Below are positions 1 to 13,279 of a stretch of 64,000 nucleotides of DNA, piece after piece. Both the position numbers and the translations under genes were made by a program. The DNA lies in the NCBI RefSeq assembly GCF_009914755.1, contig NC_060928.1, one strand, 5' to 3'. The DNA is from the human T2T-CHM13v2.0 reference genome, Homo sapiens. The stretch's first letter is position 1; each line of letters starts with the position of its first letter. A model generated the notes under the pieces. It saw only the letters and a list, made by a program, of their open reading frames with translations, made no database searches and was not told the DNA's origin.

Positions 1-1721
1 CTTTCTCTATTAAAATAAACACCATGCAGAATGTTAACAGACTGGATTAAAGTGGAAATAGACATGAAGTTGGGGGCAAGCATTAAGCATCATCTTTCTG
101 CTTCTCCCCAGCTGTGCCACAGGCTTGGAACACTTTAAATAGGCTTGGGTGGAAAAGACACCAAAATTAGCTTTGAATTTTCTAGGGTTTTTTGTTTCAT
201 TTTGTTTTGTTTTTGCTGATTTCAGACACTTCAAGGCATTATTTAAAAGTAGCCTCCTGGTCTTTTCTTTCCCTGTGTTTCTTTTCTTTTCTTTTGATAA
301 TTGATTTAAAAGTTCTTTGTACTACCTTGCTCACCTTTTTTCTTACAATTCCCTTTACAATTGTTTTAACCTTTCTCCTACCTAGCTCAGTCTGCTTTTT
401 GTATGCAGACAGCCAACAGGATACAAACTGTAAAATATGTTTGGCCTGACTTACTGTTTCCTTTCTACATGCTTGGATGTAGAGAATAAGAATCTAAAAG
501 CATAGCTTTTTCCATCTTCTGAAAAAAAAAAATCCATGCTATGCAGGTTAGCCTAAAACTTTTGAATGAATGCAGTTGTCCTATGTTATACTTTAGTCAC
601 AGGCCCTTTGAATAGAGCCAAATCCCAGCTGCACCAATGTCTTCTTGGCTGGATATGAACAGTGCCATTGCCTGGGTTCTCATTGCTTTTCTGGCCCAGA
701 TCAGCAGATCTTCCCACACCCACACCCAGCCCTGCCCTTCTCCTTGAGTGTAAGGCAGGAAATAATAAGGCCTGAATAAGGAAATAAAGGCCAAGACACT
801 ATTTTAGTGGCCTTAGACTCTTCATCAACCAGAAACACTAATGGTCCCTGGTTTCCTTCTGGCCGTTCTTCAGGACCATCAGTAGCACAGCCACTGCTTC
901 AGCCTCTTTTATTTGTGCACACACACAAAAAAATTATCCTAAATGATTGCTCAGTGAATTATCCTTTCCATGTGTTTCTTTTACTAAGAAGGACAAAATA
1001 TATACATGAGGGAAATACATTTCCATCATTTACCCACAACTATATAAATGAATATTATGGAATATTTACAATGTATTAGGATTAACTGTAGGATTATCTT
1101 TTTCAAGGAAATGTACTAAACTTAGTCATAAGCAATGAGTCAGTCTCATTCCAGAAATCATTCAGAGGTGCCATATGAGCAAAGGTAACAAGAACTTCTT
1201 CATGGAAATATGCCAAGAACAATATATAGTGTAAGAAAACACTTCAGACTATTTTATTTCTAAATGTAAATAATAAAAGCAATATTATAAACTGTAGACA
1301 AGAAGAAACTTAAATGAGAGTGCTGGTAAATGTTATCCATCCCAGCAGAACTACAACTTGCCAAGACTTCGGGAGAAACTGTGTAACTGCTACTGTTACA
1401 AATAAAGAGGAGGGATTTGGCATTTTCATGCAGGCAGACATGCTATCTATATATGTATGTGATATTAGGCGGCAAGGAAGACAGACAGTGTCATCCTTAT
1501 AGTAAGCATCCAGGAAAACAAGGTTCACAGACAGGGCCTTGGAATCTATGCTTCTTCCCGAAAAAGAAGAATCGGTTTTCCATTTGGATCTGCCATCAGG
1601 ACACTTATTATCCCACTAAGAATAATTGCCTTAGTGACAATGAGGCACATAACACAAAGGAACAAGGGAAACAGCATCCAGTCTCAGGTTTCAAGATCAA
1701 ATCAAGGCAGTGCGGTGAATA

Positions 1722-1840
1722 GGGCAGGGATTTCTGCCTGTTTTGTTCATTGATATGTCCTAAGTGCTTATAATGGTACCTGAACATAGTAGGTGATCAA
1801 TAAATATTTACTAGATGAATGTGTGATGAATGAATAAGCA
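1722..1840 (+). mobile_element. L2 LINE 3' end fragment
   Basis: GGCAGGGATTT..TTTTGTTCA..ACATAGTAGGTGATCAATAAATATTT..TGAATGAAT resembles the L2 3' terminus. Confidence 0.75.
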
Positions 1841-2278
1841 ATGATTCAACATTATTCACACTGAAGGATGAACTATTTCTTGGAACATGTAAGCATCGGA
1901 CATTTTGTAAAATGTTTTGAAAATGTAGTAAGTAGCCTCCTTTGTTTGCTATTCAGCTACCAAATATTTCATCTAAAATATATTTAAAGCAAGGGCATAG
2001 TATAGTTCATGTTTTTGGAAAAAATAACAAGTATTCTGGACCTACTACGTGCAAATCATTGTAACCTGTAAGGGTATGAGCTCTGATATAAGATGCAAAT
2101 CACAGGTATGAGACAAAAGATAAATGACATACACAAAAGAAGATGAGCAGATTTTTGGATACCACAAAGAAAAAAAATGACCCTTGTTTTAACCATCTGG
2201 GCCTTGGTAGGTAGTAATCAGAAGCTCACATCAAAAACCTACTCTTCAAGTTTTAATATTTTTTCTACTTGGTTAGAG

Positions 2279-2790
2279 TGTACCAGTTAGGATTTGGTCA
2301 AGAAAACAGAAATCACTCTAGGTATTTCAAGAAGGAAAGGATTTAATACAGAGAATTAGAGCCCTTACACAAAACCACTGTCAGGACTAGGAGAAGAAAA
2401 GTCAGGGAAGCTCCTCATAGTTTTCAGGACATCAGGAAATTCAGAGATCAGAAGAAACCTCTGCTAATGATCTCAACTTCCTGCAGTACCAAAGTGGGTG
2501 ATTTCCAGAAGAATACCTAAAAGCTTCGGGCAAAGCCTCATGTCTGCTCTTTGCCAAGGTTTGTTTATCTGCTTGCCCACAGCTGCTGAGTCAACGATGG
2601 CTTCTCCTTTTTGCCTTCGGTTCTACTCTAAATCTCAAGGAGTGACCTCCATACATGGAACCTGAATTAGAAATCTGGTGACAAAGCAGTTTAGAAAATA
2701 TAATTTCCAGGCTTCCAGATCCTACATGATAAGGGAGAAAATAGATGGGAGTTAGGACTGTTGCTAACATTCCAACAGAAATCCAGCACA
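2279..2790 (-). mobile_element. Ancient ERVL-type solo LTR (subfamily uncertain)
   Basis: TG..CA termini (TGTACCAGTTAGG ... CCAGCACA); AACAGAAATCACTCTAGGTATTTCAAG..GGATTTAATACAG resembles the reverse-complemented U5 end of old ERVL LTRs. Confidence 0.5.
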
Positions 2791-2839
2791 ACGATTGAGG
2801 TTAAGTCTATCATCAAATGTAAATGGTTTTCATCCATCA

Positions 2840-3197
<358 letters not shown>

Positions 3198-3782
3198 GAG
3201 TACTCTCATATTCAAGAACCCCTCTACTATCATCATAGAAGATATATGCACTGAGTAGAACCTACTGACTACTGTTTTGTTGGCCAGAACGGACAAAACC
3301 TTGTAAGCAGTTTGCCTGCGGACTTCTTGGGAAACTGTATTTCAGTTAAGTTTATTTCCACCAGAGTGTGTTGCCTGATGCTCTGGGAGGACACGACAAC
3401 CTGGGGAGGAAAGGGTGGATATTTTCAGGGAAGGTATGCAGGGGTAGATTAAAATTTAGTAGGTTCTCTGAGCAGAACAGACAGCAGTGGGCCATCAGGA
3501 CAATGGAAATAGCATGTGATAAGCCTCCACTAGAATTTAACAGAACGGGGAACATGAGTCTCTCTCGACTCCTTTGCATGTTTTCTTGCATCCACTCAAT
3601 AGCCCTTCACTTTAAATTCTCTTTTTGGTGAGTGAGATCTGTTGGGGGAAAATGGCATACTCTAGAAGTAGGACTAAGGAGAAGATAGAGAGTAGAACAA
3701 TATACTGGGGTCATATTCCTCTCATTTAAAATAAAACAAAAGAATAGTTTCCATCAGCCCTCCCAACTTGAGGCTCCCAGTT

Positions 3783-3800
3783 GAGTCCCCCTGGCGGTGC
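3783..3800 (-). promoter_or_regulatory. Candidate CTCF motif
   Basis: Minus strand reads GCACCGCCAGGGGGACTC (core CCGCCAGGGGG) in a small GC-rich unique patch. Confidence 0.4.
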
Positions 3801-4410
3801 AAGGAAGGGTAAGCATAAACCACCTCACCTCCTCGCACGCCCTGGCCACTCCCTTGCCCTCCGTTCCTCTCTCCACAAGGGAGCTTCCCTGGCCACCCAG
3901 GCTTTGAGCAGTGTTCTGCTCTGGAGGGAATGCCTCTAGGAACAGGATTATGGTCCTGTAACCCTGCCCTCTCTCTTCTCACTGATTTCCTTGGGCTAGG
4001 GAGTGCTGAAAACCAAGAACAAGTATCAGGTTCTTATTTTGATCTCTAAGAAAAATACTCTTTTATCTTTTTCTCTCCAGTCCTTAGGGAGTTTTTCTCC
4101 TGTAAGTGCAAGGGAAATTCAGGCTCCAAAAAGCCACCTAGGAAGATGACCCGGGGCCAGCCCAAGAATCCACACCCTCTTCTCTGCAGCACATATAACA
4201 GTAACTGTACCAGAGGGCTTAGCCAAAAGCAACATGTGGTTGTGCAAGGAGAGAAAGGGTGAGAAAATGCATTAAGATTTTTAAGATGCTGCTTCTTCAC
4301 TGAGTTCCCTTGCTAAAGGTGAGTGAAAATAAGTACTTGAAGAGCAAAAATACATTGAGAACTAGCCAAAGCACTAGAATCCTGCTTTATAGGGCAAGGA
4401 TGTAGAAAGG

Positions 4411-4480
4411 ACAGAGAGAGAGAGAGAGGGAATGAGAGAGAGAGAGAGAGAATGAATGAGAGACAGAGAGAAAGGAGAAA
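4411..4480. repeat. (GA)n-rich simple repeat
   Basis: Interrupted GAGAGA runs. Confidence 0.85.
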
Positions 4481-4517
4481 GAGAACTTTAATTTTTTTCA
4501 AGCAAAACTAAAATCGT

Positions 4518-4937
<420 letters not shown>

Positions 4938-5699
4938 TCAGTGTGTTCACATTCCCAACCTGAGGGGTGGGGTGCTTCAATGTATGTTTTTCCCCATTAT
5001 ATAATGTGGAATGTAATCAAGGAAGAATCATTACTGGACTAATCCTCCTCTTATATTAATTCTCTATAATAATGAATAATCAGTTATAAGGGAAAAGGGA
5101 TTGAAATTAAAAGGCTAAAACTACAGGTTAAGCAAACAAACATAGCCACAATTATGTGATTGTAAGAATAACTTTCCATGAAGCTAATAGATGCTACATG
5201 GCAAAATATATTATTACAAACCCAACTGTCCCCAGATTGGGAAAAAAAATGTATGAGGCCTAAAAACTGCTGGATTATTTTGAGTAAGAATTGGACTCAA
5301 AATGAGAAATGCAAATGAAAAGTACTACTTCTATATCTCTTTAATTGACTGGTACTCTCTGCCATCAGATTTACCACCCCAGAAGACTACATGAAATTAT
5401 AAAACCTAGAAAAATGGCAAAGCTAGAGAAAAATCCCAGCAGACGTATTTTTGAAACCTGATTTTTTAAAGCTCCTCTCTGAAATAAATCTCTAAATGTC
5501 ACTACTTTCAGAATGCATCTAACTAGAGAATTTCAAAATTGCTTTTTTTTCTGAGAATTGCCCAGGACAATGTTACACAAGTGTCTTTGATAAAGCCTAT
5601 CCTAATATACCAGAAGTATTTCTGAACTGTTGAATCATCACCATCAAAACAAAATCGTACATTCAGGAAAGTAGGTGTTTCTCCTGCAGTCGCCTTTTC

Positions 5700-5850
5700 C
5701 TTCCTTTTTGCAGGGGCATGCAGGAGATAGGGTCTCTGTCATCCTATCACCCTGCAGCCCACTGCAGCCTTGACCTCCTGGGCTCAAGCAATTCTCCTGC
5801 CTCACCCCACAAAGTGCTGGGATTACAGGTGTGAGTCACTGCACCAGCCT
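5700..5850 (-). mobile_element. Degenerate, internally deleted AluJ/monomer
   Basis: CACTGCAGCCTTGACCTCCTGGGCTCAAGCAATTC joined to CAAAGTGCTGGGATTACAGG. Confidence 0.8.
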
Positions 5851-5902
5851 TCCTTTCATTTTTTATGACAATTTCAAGATGATTTTCAGCTTTGGTTTCT
5901 AC

Positions 5903-6076
5903 ATAGTGTTTTCCTTCAGGGAATCTATTGATGTTTTATGGGGGAGAAGTCTTCATTGTCCAGGACAGTCTCCAACATTGTGCAAATTTGGTATTCCTGG
6001 TCCTTGTTCACTAAATCAAGTAACATCTCCCAAATGCCTATGAGGAGAGTGGAATTCATGGAGTTGAGAACCACTA
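5903..6076. mobile_element. Degraded hAT-Charlie MITE (MER20-related)
   Basis: Ends GTTGAGAACCACTA (hAT-Charlie TIR); weak internal similarity to MER20. Confidence 0.45.
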
Positions 6077-6365
6077 TACCACAAATACATGTTTCTATAT
6101 GGACAACTGCTGTTTATCATAGCCCTAAAGGCAATTTACACTTCTTGTGGCTGGGACACCACATTTCTTAATCATAATGCAGATTTTCTCTGAGCATGTA
6201 TACATCTCTGTTCAAGGCATGGTTCCTTCTGAACATGGGCCCATTCTTACTGTTCAACATGACCATGGCTATTTAGTGTTTTTTTTTTAATTGCATACAT
6301 TTAAAGTGTGTAATTATTTGTGTTTTCTTATCTTATTTGAAGACATGAACAAATACGGAAGTAGA

Positions 6366-6648
6366 ATTTATTTATTTAATTGTTTAAAGAGATGGGGTCT
6401 CTCTGGAGCTCAGTGGTACAATCACAGCTCACTGTACCTTGAACTTCTGGCCTCAAGCCATTCTCCTGCTTCAGCCTCCCCAGTAGCTAGGACACATGCC
6501 ACCACACTCAGCTAATTTTTTTCCTTTTTGGAGAGACAGGTTCTTGCTATGTTGCCCAGGTTGGTCTTGATCTCCTGGCCTCAAGTGATCCTCCTGCCTC
6601 AGCCTCCCAAAGCACTGGGATTTCAGTCATAAGCCATAACATCCAGCC
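6366..6648 (-). mobile_element. AluJ
   Basis: Antisense dimeric Alu with J-type ATCACAGCTCACTG and heavy decay. Confidence 0.9.
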
Positions 6649-7249
6649 TAGAAGTAGAGTGTAATGTGTTTGTTTCACCTAGGAGTTCACTCCCAGGTTG
6701 TATCAACCCAGCCCTGTTCATATTCTAGCACTCTCTCATCTGAAATGCAAATGAAAGTGTTTCCCAGATGTTGCTATTGTACCAATTATATTCTCTTCAA
6801 GAAAAGAACTATCAGTCCTAGTGGGAGAAACTATTTTTATTCATTGAGATCTTTTCCCAGCAATATATATGGTGTGTCCATCCATTGGGTTGACTTCAGA
6901 AAGCCTGGAAGAGGACTTCTTAGGCTCAGATATATTTCCCAGAAGGAAAGACAGCCACCAACTAGATAACCGGGAGAAACTACAGATTAGGAAGAAAGTA
7001 AGCCACCCTGATGTCACTTAGACCTCATCTCATTGATCCTGCTAAGGCCTTCACAAGCTATGTTTTAAACATTTGTGCCTCTTATGATGATGATCCTGTC
7101 ACTTCTCAGATATTACTCCTTAAGAATCTTCCATTATTCCAATTATTCAGCATAAAGACAGAAAATAAGCAAATGCTTAATTCCCTATGATGTTTGAAGA
7201 GAGAAAAAAAACTTTTCTTTCTATGCACAGGTTATGATCTTGGCATAAC

Positions 7250-7850
7250 AATAAAACACATTTGCATAACACTCCAAAAAATGAAAAAAAATTACCCTCA
7301 ATTCCACTTAGCTCCAAAAACTTTTTTATTTTTTCCTGTACTTTCCAGATCTTATCAAAATTGCAATCATAATTTACAATACCTTTTTGAAAAACACCAT
7401 ATCAAAAACATTTTCTATCTTCTTACTTTGCTTAAGCAAGGTATCTTGCTTACCTTGCTTATAAGTTATTATATTTGATGGTTGAATTGCAGTCCCTCTT
7501 TTTGATACATTATAATTTACTGAATTATTCTCTTATTTTTAAATATTTAATTTTTTTCTGTCAGGTTTTTTTTTTTTTGGTATTACTGATAAAAACATCT
7601 GTCCTACATCTGTCAAAATATTTCCTTAGGAAAAATTCTCTGGAGTAGTATTACTTGGTCAAAGCAATATTACAAAGTAGTATTATAAAGGTCTTCTTTG
7701 TAGTCTTTACTAAATGTTTTCCTATCCTTCAAAAGGTGGCTACGCCAACTTGAAATGCTCCTTGCTACATATCCATATCCAAACTTTACCTTCACCTCAG
7801 GTAACATAAAATAGTAACTCTGAATTGCATTTCTTTGGTTACTAACAAGC
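7250..7850 (-). mobile_element. Old L1M (L1ME-like) 3' fragment
   Basis: Antisense L1M motifs ATTTCCTTAGGAAAAATTC..GTATTACTTGGTCAAAG and AATTGCATTTCTTTGGTTACTAA. Confidence 0.55.
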
Positions 7851-8099
7851 ATACCCCCTTCCCTTGGTTAAGCTACACTCTAATTCCCTCATCTCTCTTT
7901 TGCAATTCTTTTGCAAAGCTGAGCACATAACAGCAACTCATGGCTTGTTGTTGCCTCCATTTAGAGTTAAGCCAAATTGAAGAAGAATGCTCAAGGAAAA
8001 CAGAGAAAAGATCACTTACTCTTTATTTGGATGAACATTTTTCTGACTTCCTCCTATGTTGTAAAGAAAAGAAAAGCTCAAATATTTTGTGAAAAGCCT

Positions 8100-8823
8100 G
8101 AGTAATAAGTTAATATTCCTTTGGCTGCACAAAATAGAAATTTACTCTAGTTAGCCAGAAGAGGAAAAAGAATTTACAGAAAGTATATTGGTAAGTCTAA
8201 TAGAACATAAGGAAAAAGGTCCGGGTCACATGGTCTGCCATTTAAGATTCATTTTACTGCCAATAACAAAAATTCTGACTAACAATGGCTTTAGGAATAA
8301 AGAGATTTATCTGGCAAAATAACATTCTAGATATTTTGAGGCTGGTTTTGCCACTAAATAATGTCATCAAGGAGCCCGACTTTTTCCATGCTTTCATTTA
8401 ACCAGACTCAATGTGTCAGTCATTCTTATGGGTGGTTGCTTCATAGCCACAAGATGGTTGCCTTAACACCAGCATGCCATTCAAAGCCAGGAAGCAGGAA
8501 GCAGGGGTGGTGGCTAGGGCAGAGAGTTCTCATTATTTCTCTTTTATTTTCAAGGAGCAATAAGCATTTCCCAGAAATCCCTCAGCAGACTTCCCATCAT
8601 GCCTCTTCAGATAGAACTGGATTCATAGTTATTACTAGATACTTTATAATTATCATTAGATAGAACTGGGCTATGGCTTTATGACAATCCCTAGACTAGA
8701 AGTTGGGCCCATTTTCCATGAAATCAAGGAATCTTCAGCTGATACCAGAGGGAAATTGTGGTGTCTGGTAGTGAATAAGAATGGAACTGAGTCTCTCGGT
8801 AGGTAACCATCATGTGTGCCACA
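8100..8823 (-). mobile_element. MLT1 (J/K/L-like) MaLR LTR fragments
   Basis: AACAATGGCTTTAG..AAAGAGATTTAT, ATGTCATCAAGGAGCCC, CACAAGATGGTTGCC, CAGCAGACTTCCC, terminal GTGCCACA. Confidence 0.6.
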
Positions 8824-9004
8824 GGTGCAAACCAGGGAGTTTGTGGATGTTTCTTTCTTACGCTATGGGTTTTCATCAGCAAGAAACCCAAATCTCTTTT
8901 TCTCTTAGGTCAAAACTCCAGATTTCTAAGAGAAAGAGTCTTATGGCTCTGCTTGGCCTATCAGAGAGAATCACAAAGTGGAGGCCTGGCTTCTGGTTCC
9001 TCTT

Positions 9005-9334
9005 CTGCACTCCAGCCTGGGCGACAGAGTGAGACACCATCTCAAAAAAAAAAAAAAAAAAGAAAAAGAAAAGAAAAATTAGCACAGTTCTTTGTGTGTT
9101 TTGCTTATATTCTAGAATGGATAAGAGATACGAGTAAATAAGCAACGACAACATGCCCTTCATCCTTGATAGGAGACCATGTGTTCAGTGAGGGTTTGTG
9201 TCAGTGGCATGCCTGCACTGAGTGCCTCAAAGGCAGTATTCCACAGCTAACAAGAAATGTGATATGTTTGTAGGGTAGCATTCTCTTTGAGGGTAAATAT
9301 GAATTCCTGGGAAGCTGAAGAAGTTAAGATGTCA
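9005..9334 (+). repeat. Direct duplicate (~330 bp) of 11730-12068: Alu 3' end, tail and unique flank
   Basis: Base-by-base match with 5 substitutions outside the A-rich tail. Confidence 0.95.
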
Positions 9335-9457
9335 CAGCTGGGAAAGGGGACTGCATCGGCCCTCAAAAAAATTGGAATTGTCTTGAGCCAGAGATAAACA
9401 CCATGGACATCCCTGACATCTAAGCTAAATGAAATATCATCAAAAGATATTTATTGA

Positions 9458-9857
9458 CAATATAGTTTGATCTGTGTCCCCACCCAAATCTCATGTTCAA
9501 TTGTAATCCCCAATGTTGGAGGTGGGGCCTGGTGAGGGGTGATCAGATCTTGAGGGCAGTTTCTCATGAATGGTTCAACACCATCCCTCTGGGTGCTGTT
9601 ATTAAGTGAGCTCTTGTGAGATGTGGTTATTTAAAAGAGTGTAGCACCTCTCCCCATCTCTCTCTTTTTCTCCTGCTCCTGCCATGTAAGATGTGCCTGC
9701 TTCCCCTTCGCCTTCCACCAGTTTCCTGAGGTCCCCCCAAAAGCTAAGCAGATGCATCATGCTTCTAGTACAGTCTGCAGCCAATTAAACCTCTTTTCTT
9801 TATAAGTCACCCCTCCTCAGATATTTCTTTATAACAGTGCAAGAATGTACTAATACA
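9458..9857 (+). mobile_element. MSTA solo LTR (MaLR)
   Basis: TCTGTGTCCCCACCCAAATCTCATGTT..GGAGGTGGGGCCTGGTG..ACTAATACA; degenerate TSD ATTGA/ATTTA. Confidence 0.9.
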
Positions 9858-11487
9858 ATTTAACTTCCTAACTTGTATAAAGAATTGTACCAAATCCTGT
9901 GGAGGCACAATCTGTAAGCTTTGGTCCTTGCCCCAAAAGAGACTGCAATCTGTTTGAGGAGATTCTTGGTGTAACAACACCACAGGAGTAGATGAATGCT
10001 AATTGTAAGGTACACACAATAAATGTTTTTCCCCTAGTAAGCTTTGTTGACAGTAACAGGACAGAAACTATGTCTGGTGGAGGAAAGGCCTGGAATTGTT
10101 TAGTCCACTCAACCAGCCCTCACGTATCCAGCCATGCCACAGCTCTTTCTTAGTCACCCAACACCCTAAGGTCATGGTCTCTTCTGATGCAGGCTATTTT
10201 GGTGGTGTGGGCCAACTATAAGGGCTTACATGTTGCCTCAAGAAATTCTGTTCCCGTCAAGTAGACTTCATCTTCCTCACCTTCTCTTGCCTTTTTAAAG
10301 ACATTCATTTCAACTCTTTCACCCCCACCCCATGTTCTCATTTTCAGAGTGGCTAATAAAAACTTGATTATTAGGAGCAAAGATTCTTAAAACCTTTTTT
10401 ATAGCCACCAAACAAGAACACAGTATAAGATAGAGGATTCTGCTACTGGTCTGCTGTGAGATAAGTAGCAAGTTACTTTCTATGCTGAAAAATTACTTAA
10501 GGAAAAAAGAATATGATTACTCTCTTTCCCACCTTTGCAACCAGGTTCCTGATAAAGATTAGTGAAATGGTCCCCAAAAAACTTGGTAATACTTTACAAA
10601 ATATTTTATGATACTGTGCAGTCCTATTACAAAAATATAACAGAGTTTAAATGGATTTGTTATATATTCTCTCTCTCTTCTTTAGAGAGTTAATAGCCTT
10701 TCAGCTAGAAAATCCAATTACTGAAATCTATGTAATTTCTCTTGGTCATTGGAGAATTCAATAACACTATAAATCTAATTTTTTAAAAAATGTTCACACC
10801 ATAAATGAATTATAATCAGCAGGACTAAGATCTAATTGGAAATGCTGCTACCATCTGAGATTACTTATGAGCCAAAAACAAATTGCTTAAACCAAACCAG
10901 ACTCCCAAAAGCCTTGGAGAAGTATTTGTGTTGAAAATTTGGTTAATATTTTTATTCCCAACTTAAGCACCCAGATCTGGATCCATTATTATCACACAGA
11001 AGTTCTTGTTTATAAATCATTAAATGCTATTCAGGACTTTCCACAGGAAGCAGACCCTTAGTAACAGGAAGAATTTATAAGACTTTCTTTTTTTTGGAAA
11101 AAAGAACAGAAGTCAAGAAAAGGGGAATGCACTCTAGAGAAAGAATTTCCCATATACTAGACTACATTATTCCACAGGCAGCTGAAAACCTCCTTCTTTG
11201 TAAAGCTTTCCTTGATCCCATAAATTAGCGATTAACTTCTCTGTGTTGGAGACTACCACGGCTAAAATTTTTACCCTCTTTCTAGTATTTATTTGAATGA
11301 CTTACATTATTGATAGTTATTTATCCATTAATCTTCCTCATCAAAGTTATAAGTTATTTGGGAAACAACAAGTTCTTTCACATTTTTTACTCCTTCCCAC
11401 CCCCACCAGTGTCTCCTTTTGTGTGTCAGGTATTGTGGTAGGGGCTGGAGAGAAGATGGATATGGATAGGAAAATCAGCGCAGTTCC

Positions 11488-12068
<581 letters not shown>

Positions 12069-12856
12069 GTTACTAGTCTTTGATAAGAATCATGTGAGCT
12101 TCACATCCAGGCTGTACAGGCATTAAACTGAAAAGGGTCCCCAAAGGCATCTTGAGGGTTTGGGGTAGGGGGCAGGAAATTCTGGTTTCCTCCAACTCCC
12201 CAGATTTGCTGACTAATGCTTTTAATGAATGTCTTTCTACATATTCCTAAAGTTAATTGCTTATCCTAACACATATGTGAGCTTCATCATTCCTGAGGAG
12301 TTCAGTGAACTCCTGTGGATGTGCCTTGCATGAAAAGAAATCCAGGAAACTATGGAAACAAAGCCAGAACACACAACCTAGTTTCAACACCCATTCAATT
12401 CAATTGTAAATAAAAATGTATCTGAATTTGAAAAAAGGGGGATTCAGATACACAAAGAAAATGAAAATGTAAATGGCAATTGATTCATTCATTCAGCTGA
12501 TAGTTATTGATGACTCTTTACATGTATCATTTTACAGTTATGATATCTGTAGCTATTTTTTAGTTTGGGGATTGTTAAATCTGGTAAATACTGAGACTGC
12601 TGTTGCTTCCTAGAAACTTTACCTGTACCTTGGATAAGCTGTAGGTGAAGGTGAAGTAGAAGATAGAAAGGCTAATTCTCAGGTTCAATCAGCCTGTGGT
12701 CTTCTCGCATATTGTGAACAGAAAGAATACTCTTCCAATTGTACAAACCAGTGCAAGGGCCAGAGAAGATGTTAAGAAAAGTAATGTTTTGAGACAAATG
12801 TAGTAGAAATCTTCAAGGAATAAACTAATGAGAAGTAAATTATCAAATTCTAAGCC

Positions 12857-13150
<294 letters not shown>

Positions 13151-13279
13151 TCATAATACAATGTGAAGTAACTCTTACATTATTTGAACTAACATTGCCT
13201 ACTGCTTCAAAGCAGCTTTCTGTCTTATCTCCCAGCCCAACTTCTCAAAGGGATACAACAGAAGACATAAACACATACA

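Noticed and set aside
9005-9334. Alu-mediated 3' transduction as the origin of the duplicate
   Set aside because: No terminal poly(A) and no TSD around the copy; a DNA-level copy fits better
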